Virus record (IMG/VR): IMGVR_UViG_3300009155_000040
Span: 64,001-128,000 of that record
Source: a virus
Strand: one strand, 5' to 3'
Length of the DNA: 64,000 nucleotides
Part shown: in pieces, positions 55,239 through 64,000 of the stretch
Layout: the number at the start of each line of letters is the position of its first letter
How positions within the stretch are numbered: the stretch's first letter is position 1
Notes under the pieces: generated by a model
Database searches by the model: none
What the model was told of the DNA's origin: nothing
Seen by the model: the letters and a program-made list of their open reading frames with translations, nothing else
Made by a program: the position numbers and the translations under genes

Positions 55239-56732
55239 TTATAAGCTGGGCGGTAAGAAATTCCACAAACCTGGTGCGTATTCGCCTTCAAACGCTTTAA
55301 TCCACTGATCTCCATCCCAGCGATATTTGATGCCTGTACGCAGATTTTGAATATATGTTGGGTCATCACCTGTAACTGGATCCCATACAGTTACCCACGC
55401 AGTTCCACTCCATTCAATAATAGAATTAGCTTTAATTACAGGGTCTGATAAATTGAGATTTTTCCAAGCATCTGGGCCGTCATAAAGTGTTGCCGTACTA
55501 GTAACAGTTGCAGGACCATAAGATTGTCCAACATTTACACTTGAATTAACATCATCTAACATAAGGAATCTAATGCCCAACGGAATAGCAGCCTGACTGC
55601 CATACACTTCTATTGGATTGTATTTGTAAGGATCTATAATGGCATCTACAGTTCCTCTTGCAGCAACTCCTGTAATAGTACTGTTGACTAATGTGTTTTG
55701 TGGGATTGTATCTTGATCAAATGTCACTACTAGAACTGAAGGATTTACAGTATTGATGGCGTAAGTACCAATCATTTCATATCCAGAAGATTGTTTAAAA
55801 AACATTTGACTTCCGGGTTCGTATCCGCCTTGAACTGTTAGAATTCCATTCCAGTCAATCGGTTCTCCGTTTTTAATAGACTTTTGATCTAGTCCTAGTG
55901 CTAATACCGCAGCATCTGGATTGACCAATGTTACATCGTAATCGTACGGCTGACCGTTATTAGATTTAAACAATAACACTCTGTATCTATTTGAAGTTGT
56001 TTCAAATGTTCCTTTTCTTCTGTTGTAAATCAAATCTTCAAGGCTAACAATATCACCTTCTTCGCTGAATACATTGTTAATAATATTCTTAACGATTCCA
56101 AGTTTTTTAACTTTGGCCGGCGGAGTAATCCAAATTGGCATTTCAAATTCTATAGTGCTTATGTCAATCTCACTTTCTGCGCCCTGTGGAATAGTTCTAG
56201 AACTAAACGTAATAGTTTTAATATCTAAAACACTTAAACTGGTCCAATCAATATAGTTGTCAGTAGTCTGTATTTCTAAACTTGGATTGAATAAAACTAA
56301 AAGCTGCTCCATTAACTGTAATTTTTGATCAGTATTGCTGGTCCAGATGTCTGCTTTCATAGAAAGTTTATATGGGGTTGGCATTAATCTTTCAACAGTA
56401 TACCCACCGCCTTGACTGCTTCCGTACTCTATTTGTCCGCTGTTGTCGCTCCATTTTCTTTCACGAATATTAACCTTGCTGACAAAGGTTGCATCTGAAA
56501 TTCTAGTAGAATCTGTTTCTAACCCAGAAATATAGCAGGCAATTTTTGGAACCGTGGACATTTTATTTTCAGAATTGTCTTTGATTAAACTGGCAACTTG
56601 TCGAGTCATATCACCATACATCACAGGAACTTCTCGTTGTTCACCGTCTCCTGCTTGATATTTAAAACCTATAAACACACGCATAAACTGTGTGACATAG
56701 CGTCTTATCTGTCCGTCGTAAAAGAAATCCAT
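55239..56732 (-). CDS. gp15: Tail sheath stabiliser/terminator (T4 gp15-like) with C-terminal extension
   Basis: FFYD.QIRRY..QF.R.F, VPVMYG, ERLMP.PY.L....DIWT.N.DQKLQ..EQ...LFNPSL. Confidence 0.75.
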   Translation of the reverse strand: MDFFYDGQIRRYVTQFMRVFIGFKYQAGDGEQREVPVMYGDMTRQVASLIKDNSENKMSTVPKIACYISGLETDSTRISDATFVSKVNIRERKWSDNSGQIEYGSSQGGGYTVERLMPTPYKLSMKADIWTSNTDQKLQLMEQLLVLFNPSLEIQTTDNYIDWTSLSVLDIKTITFSSRTIPQGAESEIDISTIEFEMPIWITPPAKVKKLGIVKNIINNVFSEEGDIVSLEDLIYNRRKGTFETTSNRYRVLLFKSNNGQPYDYDVTLVNPDAAVLALGLDQKSIKNGEPIDWNGILTVQGGYEPGSQMFFKQSSGYEMIGTYAINTVNPSVLVVTFDQDTIPQNTLVNSTITGVAARGTVDAIIDPYKYNPIEVYGSQAAIPLGIRFLMLDDVNSSVNVGQSYGPATVTSTATLYDGPDAWKNLNLSDPVIKANSIIEWSGTAWVTVWDPVTGDDPTYIQNLRTGIKYRWDGDQWIKAFEGEYAPGLWNFLPPSL

Positions 56733-58108
56733 TATTCGTCCGCCTGTGGTCTTAATGCCTTAGATAGGCTTTGTTTTTCTTCAATGTTATGTCCGTCAAT
56801 TACATTGGTAGTATTGTTGTTAATGAAACTGGTTTTCTGTGTAACACGAATCTGTTGCCATTTTGCAATGTCTGCTGATGGACGAATTCCTAAGTTGTTA
56901 TTAACTTTAGATACGTATTCTGCATTATTAAATTTAACAAGATCGTTCTTCTGATAGGTTGCACCAACAGTCCACAGACCTTGATTGACAGTACCATCAT
57001 GAGAACCTCTATTGCTCATAGTCATACGCACATTATCTTCCTGTTTAACCCAACGTGTTCCATTATAACGGAATAATCTATTTGGCAAATAGTCTGTTCT
57101 TAGAGCAAACTGACCTTCAACTGGACTGTTAGGAAATGCAATTCCTGCAGTGAATGGTGCTCCATTTTGCGGAATGCCATCTTGTGTAATGTATCCTCGA
57201 TAACCTTTCTGTGCCGCCGATAACAACATGGTGCTGGCTGTTGATCCAACATACACCGGATTGCCTTCATCGTCAAATAATAAATTACCAGCATCATCGG
57301 TTGCCTGTGTTTCTACAGAAGCATCTAATACTTCAGAATCAACAGTTGTTAAAATTGAATCACCCTGGGCATCTGTTTGCAAGGTATAGAAACTAGTAGT
57401 ATCAAAACCACTTCTTGGCACATCGGCCTCTGCTTGATCAAGAACTGCCTGCGTAATCTGCATTTCTTTCTCATACGTACTCATGATATCTCGTAGAGTA
57501 GTTGTTCCGTCCTCGCCAGTATCGTCTGCAAGTCCGTCAAGTATATCTTTAAATTCTTGACTGTCTACCATTGGTTTACATTTTGCACGATATAAATGTG
57601 GATACCAAGTAGCTGAAAATCCTTCAGCAGCACGGGTAACTTCTTCAATAACATAAAAACGTTTTAGAGCAAATTGTAAATCGTTAAGTGCATGGTCATC
57701 TTTTAGATGAGGTAATTCAATAACGTCCCCCGCTATAAGTTTTCTTCCTATTTTTTCAATAGTGTCGTTGATATGGAAGGTTACAAATATTGTGTCGTTC
57801 TGTAAAAATAATCCAAATTGACTTAGGTTAAAATCTAAATCTTGTATATTGTAAACACCACGTAGTGTAAAAATGTCAGGTTCGTATTTTCTATCTCTGT
57901 TTTCTAAAAACAGTAGATCTTGAATTTGCGATGGATTTGTACTAGAGTATGTAGGAGTAGTTGGTGTATCATTGATAGAACTTCCTGGTCCTAGATACTT
58001 GTGTATAAGCACGTCGACTCCGCCTACTTGGAACATTTCCCAAATAGTTTTATCGATAAACTTGTAATCATTGCCCTTTTCGGGACGGTATAAGCTGAGT
58101 CTTGGCAT
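56732..58108 (-). CDS. gp14: Neck protein (T4 gp14-like) with extensions
   Basis: DLLFLENRDRKY, DF.LSQFGLFL.ND...TFH, GD.IELPH, EGF..TW.PH..R; head-to-head with gp13; start taken at MPRLSLYR. Confidence 0.7.
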   Translation of the reverse strand: MPRLSLYRPEKGNDYKFIDKTIWEMFQVGGVDVLIHKYLGPGSSINDTPTTPTYSSTNPSQIQDLLFLENRDRKYEPDIFTLRGVYNIQDLDFNLSQFGLFLQNDTIFVTFHINDTIEKIGRKLIAGDVIELPHLKDDHALNDLQFALKRFYVIEEVTRAAEGFSATWYPHLYRAKCKPMVDSQEFKDILDGLADDTGEDGTTTLRDIMSTYEKEMQITQAVLDQAEADVPRSGFDTTSFYTLQTDAQGDSILTTVDSEVLDASVETQATDDAGNLLFDDEGNPVYVGSTASTMLLSAAQKGYRGYITQDGIPQNGAPFTAGIAFPNSPVEGQFALRTDYLPNRLFRYNGTRWVKQEDNVRMTMSNRGSHDGTVNQGLWTVGATYQKNDLVKFNNAEYVSKVNNNLGIRPSADIAKWQQIRVTQKTSFINNNTTNVIDGHNIEEKQSLSKALRPQADE

Positions 58109-58115
58109 AGTCATA

Positions 58116-58136
58116 TATTTACCGCTACGATAAATA
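58116..58136. promoter_or_regulatory. Divergent late promoters for gp14 (-) and gp13 (+)
   Basis: TAAATA on - at 58116-21 and on + at 58131-36. Confidence 0.65.
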
Positions 58137-58141
58137 GTTAT

Positions 58142-58897
58142 ATGAGCTCAACTGATCAAGCAAAACAACAGGTTTTTAACTACTGCAAAACCATGCTAGG
58201 CGATGGCATGATTGATGTAGAATTAGATCCTATACACTATGAAACAGCACTTAATCGTGCCCTAGCAGTTTTCCGTCAACGCAGCGATAACGCTGTAGAA
58301 GAAAGCTATGCATTTCTAACATTAACAGAAGCCCAAAACGAATATATTCTACCTCAAGAAATACAGCAGGTAAGGCAGATATTTCGTCGAAGCGTAGGAT
58401 CTAGAACGGGTAACGGAACAGGCGGCACTGTTTTTGAACCATTCAACATGGCCTATACTAACACTTATTTGCTAGCCAGTACAAATATGGGTGGGTTACT
58501 AACTTACGAATTGTTTGCTCAATACCAAGAACTAGTTGGTAAAATGTTTGGTAGTTACATTAACTTTACATGGCATCCACAAAGTCGTAAACTTATAATT
58601 CATCAACGTCCTCGAGGAGAGGAAAGCGTGATGTTGCAGGTTTACAATACCAAACCAGACTTTGCTATCATTGACGATGTGTATTCGGGGCAATGGATTA
58701 AAGATTATAGTCTTGCCAACTGTAAAATGATGCTGGGTCAAGCACGTGAAAAGTTTGCTCAAATTGCAGGACCACAGGGCGGTACTGGATTGAACGGTGC
58801 GGCTATGAAAACCGAAGCCCAGGCAGAAATTGATAAATTGGATGAGGCACTTAAAACCGGAATCACTACCCAAGGTTGGGGTTGGGTAATTGGTTAA
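58142..58897 (+). CDS. gp13: Neck/head-completion protein (T4 gp13-like)
   Basis: LG...IDVEL...H......RAL, W.KDY.LA..K..LG..R.KF....GP.GG..LNG. Confidence 0.85.
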   Translation: MSSTDQAKQQVFNYCKTMLGDGMIDVELDPIHYETALNRALAVFRQRSDNAVEESYAFLTLTEAQNEYILPQEIQQVRQIFRRSVGSRTGNGTGGTVFEPFNMAYTNTYLLASTNMGGLLTYELFAQYQELVGKMFGSYINFTWHPQSRKLIIHQRPRGEESVMLQVYNTKPDFAIIDDVYSGQWIKDYSLANCKMMLGQAREKFAQIAGPQGGTGLNGAAMKTEAQAEIDKLDEALKTGITTQGWGWVIG

Positions 58898-58903
58898 ATT
58901 CCT

Positions 58904-58932
58904 TTGACTTTTTAGTAAATCTATATTATAAT
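58904..58932 (+). promoter_or_regulatory. Sigma70-like promoter for the dNMP kinase
   Basis: TTGACT, 17 bp spacer, TATAAT, then SD AGGAG. Confidence 0.75.
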
Positions 58933-58951
58933 AGTCTTATAGGAGACAATT

Positions 58952-59611
58952 ATGATCATAGGTATTTGCGGTTTTATCGGCAGCGGCAAGGACACAGTCG
59001 CTGACTATCTAGTTAACTTCCACGAATTTAGACGAGAATCATTTGCAAGCACACTTAAAGATGCTGTGGCAAATGTCTTTGGCTGGGACCGAACAATGCT
59101 TGAAGGGCGCACTAAAGAAGCACGTGAGTGGCGCGAACAAGTAGATCCTTGGTGGGCCGAACGATTAGATATGCCTACACTCACTCCTCGGTGGGTATTA
59201 CAATTCTGGGGTACTGAAGTTTGCCGCAAAAGTTTCCACGATGATATTTGGATTGCCAGCTTAGAAAACAAAATCCGCAACAGCAAAGACAATGTGGTGA
59301 TCAGTGATTGTCGCTTTCCTAATGAAATCTCCGCAATTAAAAATGCCGGTGGAACGATTGTTTGGGTACAGAGAGGTGCGTTACCCGAATGGTACGAACA
59401 CGCTGTAGCTGCTAACAAAGGTTCAAATCTAGCAATCAACGAAATGAAAAGATTAGGAATCCATGCCAGCGAATGGGCTTGGTTAGGCAGTAAGTTTGAT
59501 ATTATTATTGATAATAACGGTACTATCGATCAGTTGTATCAACAGTCTGCAAATTTGTTAGAAATCGGCAATGAGGTCTCCTTGTTTCCAAGCAATACCC
59601 TCTTTGCCTAA
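58952..59611 (+). CDS. Deoxynucleoside monophosphate kinase (T4 gp1-like)
   Basis: P-loop G.IGSGKDT, SFA..LK, PR..LQ.WGTE..R, VISD.RFPNE. Confidence 0.9.
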   Translation: MIIGICGFIGSGKDTVADYLVNFHEFRRESFASTLKDAVANVFGWDRTMLEGRTKEAREWREQVDPWWAERLDMPTLTPRWVLQFWGTEVCRKSFHDDIWIASLENKIRNSKDNVVISDCRFPNEISAIKNAGGTIVWVQRGALPEWYEHAVAANKGSNLAINEMKRLGIHASEWAWLGSKFDIIIDNNGTIDQLYQQSANLLEIGNEVSLFPSNTLFA

Positions 59612-59893
59612 TATCTGAGCACAGTTACAGCAGACTGTTTTTAAGTTGCTGTACCTGCAATTATCGAGATTTCCGTCTATGTGAAATACACGGAAAACTT
59701 CTTTATGCTGCGATTTAAACCCGCACTTTTCACATTGCGATTTCATTTGGTAACCTAACTGCTGCCATCGCGGAATACCGTGTCCAATTCCGTGACTCAT
59801 ACAGACTTCACACAGTTTACGGTAGTAAACCCTTCCGTTCTTTTTATAGTTTATCGCTTTAGGGCGATATCCGCACTTGCAAAGTGGTCTCAT
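59558..59893 (-). CDS. HNH-family nuclease with zinc-finger motifs
   Basis: CKC...LCEVC, CEKCG, VFHIDGNLDNC...NL.TVCCNC; TAAATA-N5-ATG upstream. Confidence 0.7.
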   Translation of the reverse strand: MRPLCKCGYRPKAINYKKNGRVYYRKLCEVCMSHGIGHGIPRWQQLGYQMKSQCEKCGFKSQHKEVFRVFHIDGNLDNCRYSNLKTVCCNCAQILGKEGIAWKQGDLIADF

Positions 59894-60000
59894 AAAGATA
59901 TTTACACCTTTTTTGCCCCTTTTTCAATAAGGTAAAGAAGCCAATTTTCCTATTAACCGCTAAATACTTTGAGAAACACTATTACCAGGAGAAATAGGGA

Positions 60001-63000
60001 ATGGCAACATTACAATCACCAGGCGTATCAGTTACGGTAGTCGACGAGAGTTTTTACACACCAGCAGAACCTGGTACAACTCCTCTTATTATTGTAGCTA
60101 CAGCCCAAGATAAACTAAATGGAGCAGGTACGAGCACTGCTTCAGGAACTACAAAAGCAAATGCCGGACAGGCATTTAAAATGACAAGCCAAAAAGATCT
60201 AGTAGATACTTTTGGTGTACCATTTTTTGAAAAGACAGCTTCATCAAACCCAATACACGGTGGCGAGCGCAACGAATATGGTTTGTTAGCAGCTTACAGT
60301 TTGTTAGGTGTTAGCAATGCTGCTTTCATTGTACGTGCAGACGTAGATTTAGCTCAACTAGAAGGTTCAGCAAACGCCCCGGGAGCAATGCCAGATGATG
60401 GCGCATGGTGGATTGATTCACAAACTTCAGTTTGGGGAATTCAAGAATGGAACGGCAATGCAGCTAGTACAGTTGGCGGACAAAAATTCACAACAAAAAG
60501 CCCAATCGTTTTAACAGACGACAACGCAGCTAAAATTACCAGCGGCATGCCAAAAGATTCTGTAGGTACTATTGGCGATTACGCTGTGGTATTACAAGAT
60601 TCTGCAACAGACAAAACAGCTAGAATTTATTACAAATCCGCAGGTAACGTTGCCTACGGTGTCCAAGCAGGCGAATGGGTGCTACTTGGAAGTGCTGAAT
60701 GGAAGGCGAGTTTTGCAATTGCTGGCGGAAAACAAGCATACGCAATTCCAGCTGCAACTGTTGGAATTAAATTCAACGGTGGCTCAACAATTAGTATTTT
60801 AAATACAGACACTGCATCCGCAGCAGCAACTAAAATCAGCGGAGCTGGCGGTGGCATCAAAGCAAACGTAGATAGTTCTGGTAGATTGTATGTCTATGCA
60901 GACGGCACATCAAACAACGGTTTAGTTACTATTGCATTTGTTTCTGGTTCAGATGCAGATAAAGCAAAATTAGGTATTGTTGCAGGAACTTACAAAGTAC
61001 CAGCATTACAACAAACACCACATACACAAGTTCCACAATGGAAAAGATCCTCACCGGACTACAATGACGGTCAAGCAACAGGTTCTGTATGGATTAAGAC
61101 CACTGAGCCAAACGGCGGCGCTCGCATAAGAGTTAAACGTTGGGACAGCGGTTCAGAAACTTGGGTCAGCTACGAATGTCCAATGTACAAATCAAATAGC
61201 CAAGCAATTTATTTCCTAGACCGTTCAGGTGGCGGAGCTGGATTAGCAGCTAATGACTTATACGTTGAAACAAATGCTAACGAAGAAGACGGATTAGATA
61301 TAACTCCAGAAACAGCAGTTTTTAAATTCTTTAAAAGAAAAACAGCAGGTGTTACAACGGTAGTTTCAGCAGTTGCAGGAGTTGCAAGTGCAGGAACATA
61401 TAGTTTTGGTATGGCTGAAACTGTAATTGGCAGCAAAGAACTTTCTACAGCAAAAACAATTTCAATAACATTAACCCACAGTGCGGGTACAGATGCTGAT
61501 AGGATTGCTACTGCAATCAATGCAGCAGGTTTTGTCAACGTTGAAGCTAGTGTTACCACAGACAACCGTGTACAACTTGTACACAAATTAGGTGGCGATA
61601 TTAGATTCACAGAAGGCACCGGCGGTGTTATTGGTGATCTATTTGCAGGTCAAACAAATGTATACGATAAAGAAATCGGCGACAGCACATTTGACTACAG
61701 AGCTAGTTTATGGGCACCATTAATTGACAGTTCAGCACAGGTAACTGCCGATGAACCATTAAATGAGCCATCAGATGGACAACTATGGTACAATCCAGAA
61801 TTTAGCGAAGTGGACATTATGGTACACAACGGACAAATTTGGGTTGGTTACAGAGCTGTTGGATCTCCATACAGCACTAAATCATCAAATGATACAGGTT
61901 ATGCACCGATGGTTTCTGCTTCAAATCCATACGTTGCAGGCGAAACAGTCAACGGCGACCTTTGGATCAGCACAGCAGATTTAGAAAACTTCCCAACAAT
62001 TTATCGATACAACGATTCGATTAGCGGCCCTGCATCAACAAAATGGGAACTAGTTGACAAGACTGATCAACAAACAGAATCAGGAATTTTATTCGCTGAT
62101 GCACGTTGGGGTGACGATGGATCAGTAACACCTTCAACACAAACATCAATCGAAGACTTATTGATCAGCAACTTTGTTGATTTTGACAGTCCGGATCCAT
62201 CACTATACCCACAAGGTATGCTACTATGGAACTTGCGTAGAAGTGGTGGTAACGTTAAGAAATATAGAAACAGCTACATTAATCAAGCACAAGATAACGA
62301 GCGTTACAAAGCAGGCCTAACACAAAGCGATGGTGGTTTTGCTCCAACAAGTGGCGACAGCATGAGTGCATACGCAACTGACCGCTGGGTTACAGCAAGT
62401 CCGAACAATGAAGACGGTTCAGGCAGCTTTGGTCGTCATGCACAACGTGGTGTTGTTGTTGCAGCACTTAAGAGTGTTGTTGACACAAGCTCATCAATCC
62501 GTGACGAAGAACGTCGTAACTTTAACTTGATCGCTGCGCCTGGATACACTGAGCTACTAAGCAACTTGATCAACTTAAACATTGATCGTGGCTTAACAGC
62601 GTTTGTGGTTGGCGATACACCATTCCGTTTACCAGCAGATGCTACAAGTTTAACTAACTGGGGTTCAAACGCCGAGTTAGTAACAGACAACGGCGATATG
62701 GGCCTAGTGTCATATGATGAATATGCAGCGGTATTTTACCCAAGCGGCTTCACTACAGACTTAGGTGGTTCTAATGCAGTTGTTCCTCCAGCACATATGA
62801 TGCTAAAAACTATCGCACTAAGTGACAATGTTGCTTATCCATGGTTTGCACCAGCTGGTACAAGACGCGGCGGCATTACTAACGCAACAGCAGTTGGTTA
62901 TATTGATGCACTAAGCGGCGAATTCCAGACAGTAGCATTAAACGAAGGACAACGCGATACATTATATGATCTAAAAATTAACCCGATCACATTCTTTAAC

Positions 63001-63366
63001 GGTGTTGGTTTAGTTAACTACGGTCAAAAAACTCGTGCTAGAAATGCTTCTGCACTAGATAGAATTAACGTAGCACGTTTGGTAGTGTATCTACGTAGCC
63101 AGTTGAATAAACTTGCTCGCCCATACATCTTTGAACCAAATGATAAAATCACACGTGATGAAATCAAACAAGCATGTGAAAGTTTGTTGCTTGAATTAGT
63201 AGGTTTAAGAGCCCTATACGACTTTGCAGTTGTATGTGATGAAAGCAATAACACACCTGCAAGGATCGACCGCAATGAATTGTATGTAGACATTGCAATT
63301 GAGCCAGTAAAAGCAGTTGAATTCATTTACATTCCATTACGTGTCAAGAACACAGGAGAGATTTAA
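60001..63366 (+). CDS. gp18: Tail sheath protein (T4 gp18-like), enlarged to 1121 aa
   Basis: SPGVSVTVVDES N-terminus; C-terminal W.APAG..RG, LY..KINPI, GQKT...SALDRINVARL, FEPND..TR, DF.VVCDESNNT...ID.NEL..DI...P.KA.EFI; TAAATA at 59961-66. Confidence 0.93.
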   Translation: MATLQSPGVSVTVVDESFYTPAEPGTTPLIIVATAQDKLNGAGTSTASGTTKANAGQAFKMTSQKDLVDTFGVPFFEKTASSNPIHGGERNEYGLLAAYSLLGVSNAAFIVRADVDLAQLEGSANAPGAMPDDGAWWIDSQTSVWGIQEWNGNAASTVGGQKFTTKSPIVLTDDNAAKITSGMPKDSVGTIGDYAVVLQDSATDKTARIYYKSAGNVAYGVQAGEWVLLGSAEWKASFAIAGGKQAYAIPAATVGIKFNGGSTISILNTDTASAAATKISGAGGGIKANVDSSGRLYVYADGTSNNGLVTIAFVSGSDADKAKLGIVAGTYKVPALQQTPHTQVPQWKRSSPDYNDGQATGSVWIKTTEPNGGARIRVKRWDSGSETWVSYECPMYKSNSQAIYFLDRSGGGAGLAANDLYVETNANEEDGLDITPETAVFKFFKRKTAGVTTVVSAVAGVASAGTYSFGMAETVIGSKELSTAKTISITLTHSAGTDADRIATAINAAGFVNVEASVTTDNRVQLVHKLGGDIRFTEGTGGVIGDLFAGQTNVYDKEIGDSTFDYRASLWAPLIDSSAQVTADEPLNEPSDGQLWYNPEFSEVDIMVHNGQIWVGYRAVGSPYSTKSSNDTGYAPMVSASNPYVAGETVNGDLWISTADLENFPTIYRYNDSISGPASTKWELVDKTDQQTESGILFADARWGDDGSVTPSTQTSIEDLLISNFVDFDSPDPSLYPQGMLLWNLRRSGGNVKKYRNSYINQAQDNERYKAGLTQSDGGFAPTSGDSMSAYATDRWVTASPNNEDGSGSFGRHAQRGVVVAALKSVVDTSSSIRDEERRNFNLIAAPGYTELLSNLINLNIDRGLTAFVVGDTPFRLPADATSLTNWGSNAELVTDNGDMGLVSYDEYAAVFYPSGFTTDLGGSNAVVPPAHMMLKTIALSDNVAYPWFAPAGTRRGGITNATAVGYIDALSGEFQTVALNEGQRDTLYDLKINPITFFNGVGLVNYGQKTRARNASALDRINVARLVVYLRSQLNKLARPYIFEPNDKITRDEIKQACESLLLELVGLRALYDFAVVCDESNNTPARIDRNELYVDIAIEPVKAVEFIYIPLRVKNTGEI

Positions 63367-63368
63367 AA

Positions 63369-64000
63369 ATGCCTATTACCTCATTAAATAACATGACAGT
63401 TCCAACGGCTGGAGGTACGCAAGTACTTCTAATGCCTAAACTGAAATATCGCTTTAGAGTGACTCTCCTAGGCTTTGGTGTTTCAGCAGCAACTGAATTA
63501 ACAAAACAAGTTGCAGACGTAACTCGTCCTAAAGTAAACTTTGAAGAAATTGCTTTAGATGTTTACAACAGTAAAGTTTACCTAGCTGGTAAACCAAGCT
63601 TCGAAACATTAACATTAACACTACGTGATGATGCTAGTGGTGAAGTGCAAAAACTAGTTGGACAACAAATCCAGAAACAATTCGACTTCTTAGAACAAGC
63701 ATCTGCACGTTCTGGTATCGATTACAAGTTTACAACACGTATTGAAGTATTAGACGGTGGAAACGCTGCTCTAACACCAAACGTTCTAGAAACAATTAAT
63801 ATGTATGGTTGTATTGTTATGAACGCAGATTACGGTGATATGAACTATGGTACAAACGAAGCAGCAACAGTAGCATTAACCATCCGCTTTGATAACATGG
63901 AGCAATGGGGTGCTGGTGCAGCAGACGTTGGTGTTGGTATTGGTGCAACAGTTGGTCGAACACTTGGCCAAGCTGTTACTGGTGCTGGTACACAAACAGC
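63369..64000 (+). CDS. gp19: Tail tube protein (T4 gp19-like), truncated by the window end
   Basis: Hand translation MPITSLNNMTVP...LMPKLKYRFRV...RPKVNFEEI...YLAGKP.FE.LTLTLRDD...YG...DY..M.Y......V.LTIRFDN; directly after the sheath gene; not in the ORF track. Confidence 0.85.
   Translation, partial: MPITSLNNMTVPTAGGTQVLLMPKLKYRFRVTLLGFGVSAATELTKQVADVTRPKVNFEEIALDVYNSKVYLAGKPSFETLTLTLRDDASGEVQKLVGQQIQKQFDFLEQASARSGIDYKFTTRIEVLDGGNAALTPNVLETINMYGCIVMNADYGDMNYGTNEAATVALTIRFDNMEQWGAGAADVGVGIGATVGRTLGQAVTGAGTQT

Noticed and set aside
202-63326. The many 60-170 aa ORFs nested in or antisense to long genes (e.g. 16397..16900, 24516..25013, 59005..59439, 61209..61619)
   Set aside because: They are fully overlapped by well-supported genes and have no recognisable motifs; expected from codon bias.
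1-64000. Stop-codon reassignment, tRNA genes, CRISPR arrays
   Set aside because: Core genes are full length in code 11 and TAG/TGA serve as real stops (e.g. 9531, 16727, 6161). No cloverleaf or repeat-spacer array was seen by eye; tRNAscan-SE and CRISPR finders were not run.

Overview
This 64 kb window comes from a large T4-like (myovirus, probably jumbo) dsDNA phage and is almost entirely the virion morphogenesis region. It holds baseplate genes, the late sigma factor gp55 with gp47/gp46, a GIY-YIG nuclease, a gp26-like chaperone pair, tape measure, portal, scaffold, protease and major capsid genes, three giant fibre/adhesin proteins (2065, 2508, 2166 aa), three tandem ~10% cysteine proteins, a glycosyltransferase plus O-carbamoyltransferase pair, neck/terminator genes, dNMP kinase, an HNH nuclease, tail sheath and a partial tail tube. 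I found no tRNA, CRISPR array, integrase or reverse transcriptase. Most notable: (1) a ~370-nt densely base-paired non-coding segment after the GIY-YIG gene and a small Cys/His ORF (7102-7475), followed by an AT-rich cluster of GNA/GNRA mini-hairpins; (2) a complete -1 frameshift signal (U UUU UUC, 5-nt spacer, 10-bp stem) that would fuse the gp26-like ORF to the next ORF; (3) the Cys-rich triplet next to the sugar-modifying enzymes; (4) a recurrent TAAATA-N5-ATG geometry implying leaderless late mRNAs. All assignments rest on motif recognition and synteny; no database search or folding program was run.
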